A DNA stretch of 64,000 nucleotides. Origin: Tubiluchus corallicola. Taxonomy: Eukaryota > Animalia > Priapulida. The stretch spans positions 101,742 through 165,741 of the forward strand of contig JAQGDQ010000346.1 in the NCBI GenBank assembly GCA_030141605.1, written 5' to 3'. The position numbers were made by a program, and so were the translations under genes. Under the pieces are notes generated by a model. It was not told the origin of the DNA. It did no database searches and was given only the letters and a program-made list of their open reading frames with translations. Positions 53,261 to 64,000 of this stretch are shown here, piece after piece. Each line of letters opens with the position of its first letter. Position 1 is the stretch's first letter.

Positions 53261-56200
53261 TTAAACCACATAAGTGTCAGCCTGATCACTTTTCAAATTA
53301 CTAGTCCAATATATAATAATTCGTAGAATTATTGCAGTGACCAAAGCCAAAGATGGTTTCGAAGCTGAAGACGGTGTCTCAGGTTCCTGCACACACTGCC
53401 AACAATCAAACACATTATCTGGATCCCAGTTTTTCTTGATAGTCAATAGTCTTTCATATGTGTGGCTGTCCCAGAATTCCGAGATATCCTCCACCTGACG
53501 GCCAGGTTGGTTGTAGTATGATCCTATTCCGTGTTTCTTCATCATCATTCGCCACTCTTTCTGCATAAAGCGGACACTGCGGTATTTTGCCTGTGGCTCT
53601 GCTTGCCAGTTAGCCAAGCAGACTGTGTGCCAGACTGCCTTGCGGAACGGCGTCCCAATTGAGGTGGAGCCCTTTCCTGGAAAACTGGCATTTGCCTTGC
53701 CGCCCAGATGATCAATGGTACAAGATATCGAGATGTAGTCATTTTTCCTGTTTATGGAAGCATCAATCATTAGACCTATAAAATCATTCAAGAACTTTTC
53801 GTTGAGAAACTCTTTCTGACTAAGCTGTCCATCTTGGTACACCGACACCTGTAAGCTTTCTTTGACCATCTCTTGATACTCCCAAAAATTGCCATACTCC
53901 TCAAAAGCACATTCATCCGGTCGATATGAAGAGTCCATTTTCACTAACGGATCAAAAACCGAACGAGCCTCTGCATCTGCATGGCCATTGTGCAGCATCA
54001 CAAAAACCACGCTCCCCCTTTCCATCACAATTTTCACCTCGGAGTCGTCTTGTTGCTCCATATCTTTTCTTGTTGTATATGTGGGTTGGTTCAGCATAAT
54101 TTGTCCACCCCATTCTTCGGGCAAACGCGGTAAGACTTGTTCGAAATAAGTTTTTAGAATTTTCGTGGCGTATATTTCCTTGCCATCGGAGGACATCATG
54201 TGAAACGAGCAATAGAAACAAACGTATTTTTCTCGTTCTGGATAGAGCTTGATGACGTACTCTGTGACGATGCCAAAAGCGCCTCCACCTCCTCGGATAG
54301 CCCAAAACAAGTCCTGCACACCTGCACTTGTTTCACCCTGTAATGAGAGTTTTGTTAAAGCAAAACCGGACCCAATTTTAAACTGTGGGTCAAAACAATC
54401 AACTCTTTAAAATATTGAAAGAAAACATGCTATTTTTTCGAAAATGGCTAACGTGCCAAATTGTCACCTCACAAGCACAATTTCGCTTTCGCGCTACTAG
54501 TTCTTCGCTGTTACATGCATTTCGCCATTTCGCTCGTTAGACGGGCATTCGCACCTGCATTTCGGAAACGCATTGCACAAAAAACAGGTGCTGTATCTTT
54601 CAGTTCAAATGTGTTAGTTTGTGACGAACTACACACGTTCGACAGCTCATGAGTGAGCACAGTCGTAAATTTGAACTTTGAATTTTTATCTTAAAAAATT
54701 TGCCTAGTGTTAGTACAACTTGGTACAACTGAATACACTGAAACCTTACAGTAGCACTGTACTTCAATTTTTGCTTTCGCAAACACGCGCAGCACGCTCA
54801 TGAAATATTTTTCCTGTTGAAACTATGTTAGTTTGTGATGTCATCAATAATTGGGCTCCCCGCCGTTAATTTAGATTTTAAACTATTATTTAATTATCAG
54901 AAAACTTTTTCAGTGTTATTGGTGTTAAAGTGTATACTTTTTATCGTGTTTGGTAAAATGGGGTAGCTACAATTAGTGTTTCTTGTGCGGTTATGTGTTT
55001 TAGCTTTTAATAATTTTAAAGTTAATAATAGCAGCTGCTATCAAATTTAATTCACTAAGCTACGTAAGTCTTTTACACACTTTTTAACTACACTATCATA
55101 AATGTAATTTTGTAATTTATTTATTTATTTGGAACAATGAAAAATATACTGTTAATATTAATGATTATGATATGACAGCATGCTTATGTCATTGACGACA
55201 AGAACCAGAAGTAAAAACTTGTTAGGTGCTTGCGCCACTGTAAGTACGTCCAGAATTTAATGATAATGGAATACAAGAGCAAAAAAACTGGCTCTTTAAA
55301 AGGAAAAACTTTGCGCAAAACAAGGACAAGTGATTCTTTATTTTCACTTAGTACTTTGTCAAAACAGCTGCAGTTTGTGAAGTAAAAAAATTCGTACAAT
55401 GAAAAATGAGAGTTTGAAGCTTAGTTGCACCACAATGACTAAGTGAAGAATTTATAAAACACCCGTTTAATAAAATCCCAAAACAGATTTTTAAAATTAG
55501 CAGCAACACTATTAAGATAATTATTTACAAGATACGTTGCAGCTCTGTCTTACCCCATTTTTATCAATTTTTGAATTCAAGTTGACTGTGCTTCCATCTG
55601 CAATTACAATAGTGGCATTGAGTAGGTTATCCACGGCTAGTCCCAGGGATCGAGTGTTTGGTCCTATTCCACCACCTACAACAAACCCACCCAAAGCTAC
55701 GGTCATGCTACTGCCACCTGGCGCTAGGAGACCTTTTTCGTGCGCCTGCAATTCCAAAGTACTAATTAAAACAGGTAAACTTAGACTTAGTGTGTCTCAA
55801 AAGTCATATTTTTCTTTCTACTTTTCCCATCAATCTAGGCAAGCTCTGGCAGAAATAAAAAGCCGTCTTTGAGATTTTTTTTGTATTTGACCTTTAACTA
55901 GGTCGCCATTAGTATGACAAGCTGAGAAACACTCAATGCAAGATTTCCCATTCTGACGGTTTAGTCGCAGAAGCCCTTCAGAAATGGAATGCTGCACATT
56001 TTCAAATTTCGTTCCCTGCGATTTTTATAGGGCTAAATCAAGAAAAGCGCGTATGCAGCAAGCCTAAGACATCTCAGAAACTTGAAATGAATTGAAATGA
56101 ACTTTTTATTTGCACTTCTAGCATAGTAACAATGCATAAATAAATAGTAAAAATTTAAAAGTGCTGGAGCAACCAGCGCTAACAAGGCACAAAAAATCCG

Positions 56201-58273
56201 ATGCAGAAAATCGTAATTACTTTTGACGTTACGACAGGGACTTAAGGAGCCCCATAGTTAGTACAATAAAAGTATTGATCATCTAAAACTATGAAATTAC
56301 AACCGATAAGCAGAAAAGGGCAATTGGGTAAAAATTTATATGATCATACAGATATATCATATAAATTGTTAGTGACTAATGTAAAATACGTATGCACATT
56401 GGAATTTAAGGGATTACTAGGAATAGCATCTAAAAGGAATAACTTTTAGACTGTTTTTGAGGGAAATGTAGGGAGTCATGACACCACGAAAATGAAGAGG
56501 ATTCCAAAGCGATATAGTTCTAAACAAAAAAAAAGAGTTTTGCCTTACAGTTTTCTTACACCTAGGAAGAAAAAGTTTATAAGGATGACCCCTCATAGTG
56601 GTCAAACTAAGTGTGCATTTACTGCGACATTTAGATGCGTCAATTAAACCAAGATCAACTGTAGCGATTTTGAAAACCTCTAAAAGTTCTAGCGGGTCTA
56701 TCCTGAATCGTTCCTTGTACAGGCAACCCGTTCTCAAAAACTCGCCAAGCAACCTGCATGTGAATGATTTTTACATATGTTCAAGTTTATCGTTAAAACC
56801 AATACGACTTGATGTACAATTTAACATTGGTGTGCAAACATTTGAGTTGAGAGCTGATGTATTAATTATGGGCTTGAAAAAGGTGGCACACATGTAGAAG
56901 TCTACCACCAGTTCTTTTCAATTTTCAATCTAATGACTAGAGTTTTATTTATTTGTGCCTGTTTTCAACCATTTTGCCTTGTTTGTTTAAACCAGTCAAA
57001 TGCATTGTTAATTCTGAGACAACCAGTATACGTGACACCGTTTCGGCTATCATAACCCTGATTATATTATCAGGCACTCTGTTGTACAATAGCGTTTACA
57101 CTATCATGCAAACAGATGAAATACCATGTAGTGAAGGTCCTTCATGGGTAAGCCTGGCTGAGCAACAATATATGCACCCGTTTCAGGCGAAGTCTCGAAG
57201 TCATCGGTGTACACTGTCGCTGCCGCCATAAGCTGCATGTTGATTATCAGGGCATCGTCTTCAGACGATCGACCAATGTAACAATGTCCAGAAGAATAAA
57301 CGCTCACACGAATGTTGTAGTGGACTGCAAATAGCAACGACTTGCGTACATCATCCGTAGTCTTAACTCTTACTATGATGGCTGGCGAGCTGCAAAAGAT
57401 CAACGTGATGAAAACGCCGGTGCTTAAAAAACTGAAAATAGTGTTTAAAATTTCCTATAGATACATAAAGGGGATCTTAAGGTTTGATCATAATAAAAAA
57501 ATTTAGTACTGTTAATGTGATTTTCAATGCAATCGCATAGGTGCTTTGGTAATAGATGAAAATATAGCGTTTGTTCGTTTTCATAAAATTATCAGTTTTT
57601 TAGCTCTCTGTTAGGATGATGCTGTGAACTGATAATAAATTAATCAATGTCAGCGGAAAAGCTTTTCATCAGCAACAAGACTGTGTCGAAATCAGATGTG
57701 GGCCATTAATGTACAGATAAGGAAAAACAGTCAGTGGTCCTGACTTCTAAGGTGGATCATGATGGTTCGACCACAGATTTAAATACCGTGCTTGCTTGTC
57801 TCTGCGGACGCATCTAAATCTGTGGGTAAACCCTGCTCAGTGTTTTGCGTATAAACTGTGCAGACTTAGTGAATGCTCAAAATCAACGTTCATGTCAAAT
57901 AAACGTCTCCAAGATGGACTTTAAAAAACAACTTGCAAAAAAAATGATTTGCGCGACGGTCTGCAGTGTGGATCTGTGATAGAACAACTTTCTCCAAGTA
58001 GAAATAAAGGATCTGTAATTAGTTAATACTAGATACTCTCATGCAGTACCTTGTCTCTCTTCTGTTATACATCTGGGCACCCAGAAAGAATGCTAGTCCC
58101 AAATCTCTCGTCAACAGAACTGCTTCATCTGAAAGTTCTCGGCGAAGTGCATCGATAGCCTTTGTACTCGGCCAACAAGACATAATAGGTGTGCAATAAG
58201 ATTTGGCTTTAACAATTTGAACACTCCTACACAAGACCAATATCGCTATTAAGAAGATTTTTCTGTAGTCCAT
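53261..58273 (-). CDS. Secreted FAD-linked oxidase, berberine-bridge-enzyme-like (VAO/PCMH family), ~585 aa, 4 exons
   Basis: Exons 58050-58273, 57125-57389, 55554-55745, 53261-54337; GT-AG, phases 2,0,0; 1758 nt in frame. Signal peptide, CTPIMSCWPS, PAIIVRVKTTDDV, SSGHCYIGRS (covalent-FAD His), VALGGFVVGGGIG...GLAVDNL, DLFWAIRGGGGAFGIVT, BBE end SYYN...YERLLTIKKNWDPDNVF. Confidence 0.92.
56400..56900 (-). mobile_element. CR1-type LINE 3' relic in oxidase intron 2
   Basis: DPLELLEVFKI...RGHPYKLFLPRCKKTVRQNSFFLFRTISLWNPL matches the CR1 ORF2 end (RGH..KL....R..FF..RV...WN.L). Confidence 0.75.
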
Positions 58274-61200
58274 TGCATGCCACAACTGAAAATAGTAACA
58301 ATAGTATAATAAATTAGATTTCCTCAGTTTTACGTTGAAATAAAATAATTAACCGATTTAATTCAATAAGTTAAAAACTATTATATGTACACATAAAATT
58401 TGCACACATTAGTATAAAATACATTATACATACATATAAAACAATAAAAGCACTCAAGAAAAGGAGAGGATGAAGTTAAAACTCATATTTTCCTTCCCCT
58501 TTTATTTGTCATTATTATTTCCATGCATTATTTCCAAAGTTTTTTGATCTTATTATTTATGATTATAGAGTATGCATTATATTACACATTACATGTACTT
58601 CACACTAACACATGCACACACACACACATTAAATGGTATAAATATACACTACATGATATCACATATGTTACACTAAATAATACATATTAAATTAAATTTT
58701 ACTTCTAAAAATGTTCTTCTAAAATTGTTTTTACATCTAAAATGACAAATTACGTCATACAATAAAACTACATCTAAAATTACATATTATACTAAAAGGT
58801 TATCACAGTACTTTTTAAAATTGTCCACTAATGCGCTCATAACTTTTAGCAGCTGCCTTTTGTAAACAATTTTGCACACTTTCTGGCAACTCATTTTTTT
58901 CAGCATTGTACGTTATCAATTTAATTAATTTATTTAATTAATAAACTAGAATTTATTTTGAAAACTAATAATTACCTGGTACAAAGCTAAACCCTGTAAA
59001 TGGGCGAAAATCATCTCTGTGATCCATCACCCAGCAGTTGACTCTCCTTCATATATCTTTTTATATACACCAGTTCTGATCCATCATCTTTCCACCAGTA
59101 GGTACGCCAGCTGTATTGCCATGGTAACCATACAAGCATAATTTATAAGAAGTAATGACGTTGCTTAGTGCAATGCTATAAACATCGTCATCAGTGATCA
59201 AGACTTGCAGTAGATTAAAGAGGAAAGGGGAATAAACACGAATTTTAAGGTATTTTCCTAAAATGCTTCCATGTTATATTGCTTGATTTGGCATTAGCGC
59301 TTGCCTGTTTGAAAGACTTATGTAATTGGGAAAGAAAATTCTTAATAATTTAGAATATTCGAGCAACCTTGTAAAATGGCAGCGCATCGCCATCCCAGTT
59401 TGTGTAAACATTAGTTCAGAATAAAGAATGCTTTAAAATATTGAAAATTACAATAGCTTTTTTAAAATCAAAGCTTAGATTAAATAATAATTACCATGGA
59501 TACTCAAACTTCGTTAAACTTTCAAAGCTACGCGCGGCTCAGTGAACCTACTAAGATTGGCAGCGGCGCCTTTTTGTCACATTCGCGTGGCGGACAAATA
59601 GAAGGCGGTACCGTGATAAGCATGATCATGAACTACAGTGTTAGTTTCTGACGACATATGATGTAAAGCCCATTTTTCCTGACATCATGCGTTTAAACAG
59701 TACTGCAACACTTGTGCAAATGTGCTTGATGCGCAAGGGAAGACGCCTGCCATTGCACTAACTGTGATTAGTTTCTGACGTAAGCAATGGCTGTGTTCGG
59801 TTGCCGTTAATTAACTTTCTAAGCTAATTATTCAAATATAAGGAACAATTGTTAACTTTTATAGGCAAGAAATGTATATTTTGGACAATAAATTAAAATG
59901 AGATTGAGTCGAAACAATCGTCCGGTCTTCCTTTAAAGTGGTCGCGCCTAATGGTTAACGCGGGAGTTTAAATTTACAAGATTTATACAGCACTGCTGCT
60001 AATGTAAGCTCTATATGCAATAAGACAGCATGAAAGTGATATAAAATTTCAAAACAGATGTTTAAGATTTATTTATTAAAAGTGTTTACTTGTGCTTTAA
60101 CTACTTACCAGTGACAGACATTTGTAATTTATCTTACGAACAAAGGCATTCGTGAGATCATTGATAAATGTGGCCCTTGTTGAAATGTTCAGAATGCGCG
60201 TTCGCGCACATAGTTACTGCACTTTAATGCTAGGTTATTTATGCAAGTAATATTATTACTAGTGAATCGGTCATTTGGTGATATACATCAAATAGAAGTT
60301 TTTTGACGGTACGTTTGAAGGTATTATAGTCACGTTAAGTAAAACGACCTTTTTTCTGTCCGTTTCTTTTCTGCACATATTGGTCCAAGTGGTCCGCTTC
60401 ATCAGGGGCCCCGGGGAAACTTGACCGCCCTCCTCCAACAATTGCAGTACCAGTTTATAGGCAGAGCAGCAAGTAAGAGGTTATAAAGTTAAATTTTCAC
60501 TATTTTTTAAACATTTTAGAGAGGATTTGATGATAGAATATAAAAGTCCAATAGTCTAACAACTCCAATAGACTGTTGTTGATTATAATTGTAAAGCGGG
60601 TAGCTAGCGGAAAGTCTGCACTTCTTGCTGGCTGCACTGTAAAAAACCACTGATTTGTACGATAGATAATATATTTATTAAACACGATAATTCAGTAATA
60701 CGTAATCTCATCTTTATTCTTTCATAAAATTAAACGGAAAATTGTAATTAACACGAGCAAGTGTTAACGATACAAGAACCTAACACATACATAATATGTA
60801 AAAATAATACATAATGACAAAAACAATATGAACAAACGCATCTTACAGTGGTTTGTTACGTCATTGTAACTAAGTGGTAAACGCTTGGTAGTAAGCGCTT
60901 TTTCTGAAACAAGAATATTAACAGTCATGCAAAACTATATAAAAAAATAGCAGTGTTAACCACTATAAATATATTCTGTTAGCTATAAACGATTTGAGTT
61001 AGTTTATTTGCATATCTATTCTGGTTAAGTCATACGCCTACACTAGTTATTGAAAAGAACTGCTACACGTTAAGTGTCATTTGCATCTCAGAACCCACAC
61101 GCAAGATGATTTACCTAGTACACATAATAAATAGATTAACAGAAGTGACTTTCTAGAACATCTAAAACGCACACAAACGCTACTACAGACTTACATTTCC

Positions 61201-61959
61201 AGTGATGGTCTGCTGTTTGTTTGAACTTTCTACCTGACTACAGAACTGCAGAATCACAGATTCGTTATTATCACAACGTTGCAACACTGACACTAAGCTA
61301 CTTCACACATTAATAACATTCTACTGCATACTTTTCACCAGTAACCGAACAATTTGAACTTAACTGCTATAAAAGACTTCCAAATCTCTCAGATTCATTC
61401 TATTTTGTTACTTTACATAGACGTGACCTCACATCCGGAACTCAGATCTTAAGAAACTGACGTCTGTGTTTCTACCTTGAAGACACAAAAAAAAATCACT
61501 GCTAAGCAGAACATTCTAAATTGCAAACTATACTGCAAAAATTAAGCAGTTATTATTTTTGTGGTTGATTACTACGTTATTACAGCAAAAAGGATTGTTA
61601 CTTTATTAGCCCCATAAACTTTATATGATACACTGTACAGCAATAAACAGCGATCACTAAACTTTTACACAGTATCAAAAAGAAAAGAACATCACTTAAC
61701 ATCACAGAATGCCACGGACTAATAATTTTTAACTGACAATTTTGTTAGTGTGTCGGAGGAAGAATATTCCAGCACCATGTGAGTGTGGGAGAAATTATAA
61801 TTAAGTCATTGTTTGAGATTACTACATATCAGCTACTGAAAGCACACACAAGTCCAAGCTATAAAAGAGTCACTGAAACCAGTTCCATCCTGCTCTGTAA
61901 GAACAAAAAATGATGAATTGTGTTTATTTTGTAGTATTGGTGAAATGTGAAACAACGGG

Positions 61960-63112
61960 TTAAGGACGTCCAAACAGTGGAGCTTGAGCATTCAGGTCAA
62001 AGTTCAAGTTATTACGTTCAGCTGCCACATTCTGGTTCACTTCAGTGAAGATGTCGCGAATAGGGGACCCAAAGACGTTACTCCCTCGCTGAGAGTTTCC
62101 ACTTCGCCGGAAGTTCAATAGAGGATTGTCATTTGGTGAGGTCCGTGGTGCTCTTCTGACTGATGTCACTTCTGTCCTAATTGCAGAAGCCCTAGGCCTG
62201 GGCCCGAATCCTACACGCGGACGTTCAGCAAAGACACGATAGTCCATGTCTGGGTGGTCATTGCATAACCTCATTTCATTCCTATGTGTAAAAAACAAAT
62301 TTAATTGCAGTTACATATGTGTATATGTTTGTGCATGTGAGTAGATGTGATATGAGTGCTCCTGGAAATACTCGAAATCTAAGAGTGCTTGTGGTAAACC
62401 AGTGTACATGGTCAAACATGAAAAGTTTACTCTACAGCTAAAAAAGCTGGTGATACACCAAAGTGCATGACCAAACCTGAAGAAGTTTAATCATTAATGA
62501 CAACAAAGATTTCCAGATGGCACAAACTCAGAATTAATTAAATTTTGATACCAAGCTCCAAAGACAAAAAATGTAAAAAAGTTGGCATACGCCATGGATA
62601 TGAACCAAATAGACACCTTAGACCATTGGTTCACGACATTCTTCAATGAAGTAAACTATACTGAAAAACTAGACAGCAAAAAATCACCATTTAATACCTT
62701 AGGTCCCACGTTCAAATCCAGGCAGCATTTCAAGTTTTTCACATTTCCTGTCGTTTAAGTTTAGCATAAAAATTTAATTAATTGATGGTTTACATCATCA
62801 TTAAATAATAATAATCTCGACAATAATGTTATAATAATTAATAGAATTATTGATACGAGAATTTTTGTGCTCTGGTGCTGACCCCGTTTCGATTATGAAT
62901 ACTTCTGCCTTTCAGTCTTTTTACCTTACAAGGACCATTAACACTTTCGCAATTATTCTACGCACTGTAACAATTACAAATATTTAATATAATTCTAATT
63001 TACCCTCTGTTGTTTTCGAGGAACATACACCTGGGTTGCAGCCTCTGCATGAAATCTGTGTTTGAACATGTCACCTTTGCCAGGGTCATCTTTCTTATCT
63101 GCCTCAATTGGT
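61960..63112 (-). CDS. Animal haem peroxidase, last two exons (rest of gene presumably beyond the window)
   Basis: Exon 63004-63112 (QLRQIRKMTLAKVTCSNTDFMQRLQPRCMFLENNRG) splices in phase 2 to 61960-62281 (NEMRLCNDHPDMDYRVFAE...). This matches the 'QL.EIRK.SLAR.IC.N......Q...F......C......D...W.E' end of peroxidasin/peroxinectin-type domains. Confidence 0.8.
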
Positions 63113-63787
63113 CTGAAAAAAAGAAATGGTCAATAATGACAAGTCTTTTTTTATATACAGCATAGACACGCATTTATATGAAAGGCTTCTATTTACAGTA
63201 GCGTAAAAATTATGCAATAATAATGATGCTACTGACGATTGAATAGCTTTAACACACTAAAATTGAGATAAAACACATTTTAGCAAATAATCATAATAAA
63301 AATGTGAATGTGACAAACTCTAATGTGAATGTAATAAACTTTAGAAGAATCCGAAAACACCAACCAATCAAGCGGTCTAGCTGACTATAGCTAATTCTGG
63401 CGTCTCGAGACTTTATACGTGATTAGATTTTTACTCAGGTGACAACGCTGAATTTTCCGCACAAAACCTTGATATCACGCACATATTCTTGATCGAAATT
63501 ATTAAGTCCTCTTTGCCATGATTTGCTAAACAATTTTTGTAGCCAGATAATTATAATAGCGATGCATTTACTGGAATAAGTAAGAAATCATTATAAAACA
63601 AACTTTTCGTGTTTCCTATACGTTTCTAGTACGGTAGCTATTGTGAGTCAGCAAGAGTTTGTGAGCCTTGGCCAGGAAGACCTGGCTTAGCGATTGTCGG
63701 TCTGTGTATGCAGTTACTGTGGGGTTAAAACGAAACAAAATAGAAGAAAAATCGCCAATGTACCTGATGTTGGCTAGATTTAACTTT

Positions 63788-63920
63788 AAAACGTGTTAAG
63801 ATGAGCATCCAGATTCTGAAAACCCGTTATCACATCATTATTTTTTCCGGATTTTGGATCAGACTCAGAAAACCCTTTATTACAGCATTATTTTTTTCAG
63901 ATTTTGGACCAGACGCAAAC
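63788..63920. repeat. Short tandem duplication (~52 bp)
   Basis: cattattttttc(c/a)gattttgga.cagac.ca occurs twice, plus a partial copy. Confidence 0.65.
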
Positions 63921-64000
63921 TATATTAACACGCCACGTAAAATTTTTTATCTCGAAGTTAAGCAAGGCGGTATTTCCTTCTGCATCAGCTATATCAAACG

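Noticed and set aside
53545-54305. Overlapping alternative-frame and antisense ORFs in the oxidase exon (also 7478-7792, 49743-50024, 55537-55872)
   Set aside because: Shadow ORFs of real coding exons with no motifs of their own.

Overview
AT-rich, intron-containing animal (probably invertebrate) nuclear DNA; no prokaryotic features. Reading splice sites by hand gives four apparently complete genes, one partial gene and one pseudogene. (1) A 6-exon minus-strand gene (4073-9012, ~473 aa) joins an Apaf-1-like CARD, a catalytically degenerate NB-ARC nucleotide-binding subdomain and an IRS/DOK-type PTB domain; I do not recognise this architecture and it is the lead finding. (2) A 9-exon mitochondrial-clan, CYP27-like P450 has a GC-AG first intron. 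(3) An SLC16/MCT transporter gene has decayed to a pseudogene. (4) A 131-aa secreted, membrane-anchored protein has CHH/ITP-like cysteine spacing. (5) A 4-exon BBE-like FAD oxidase has a fungal-type N-terminus and a hydrophobic tail. (6) The last two exons of an animal haem peroxidase lie just upstream of the oxidase. Mobile DNA includes a degenerate Penelope-like RT, a hAT deletion derivative with TIRs and TSD, a Helitron-like insert, LINE/SINE relics, foldback elements, and many mini- and microsatellites. All family assignments come from motif recognition by eye, not database searches.
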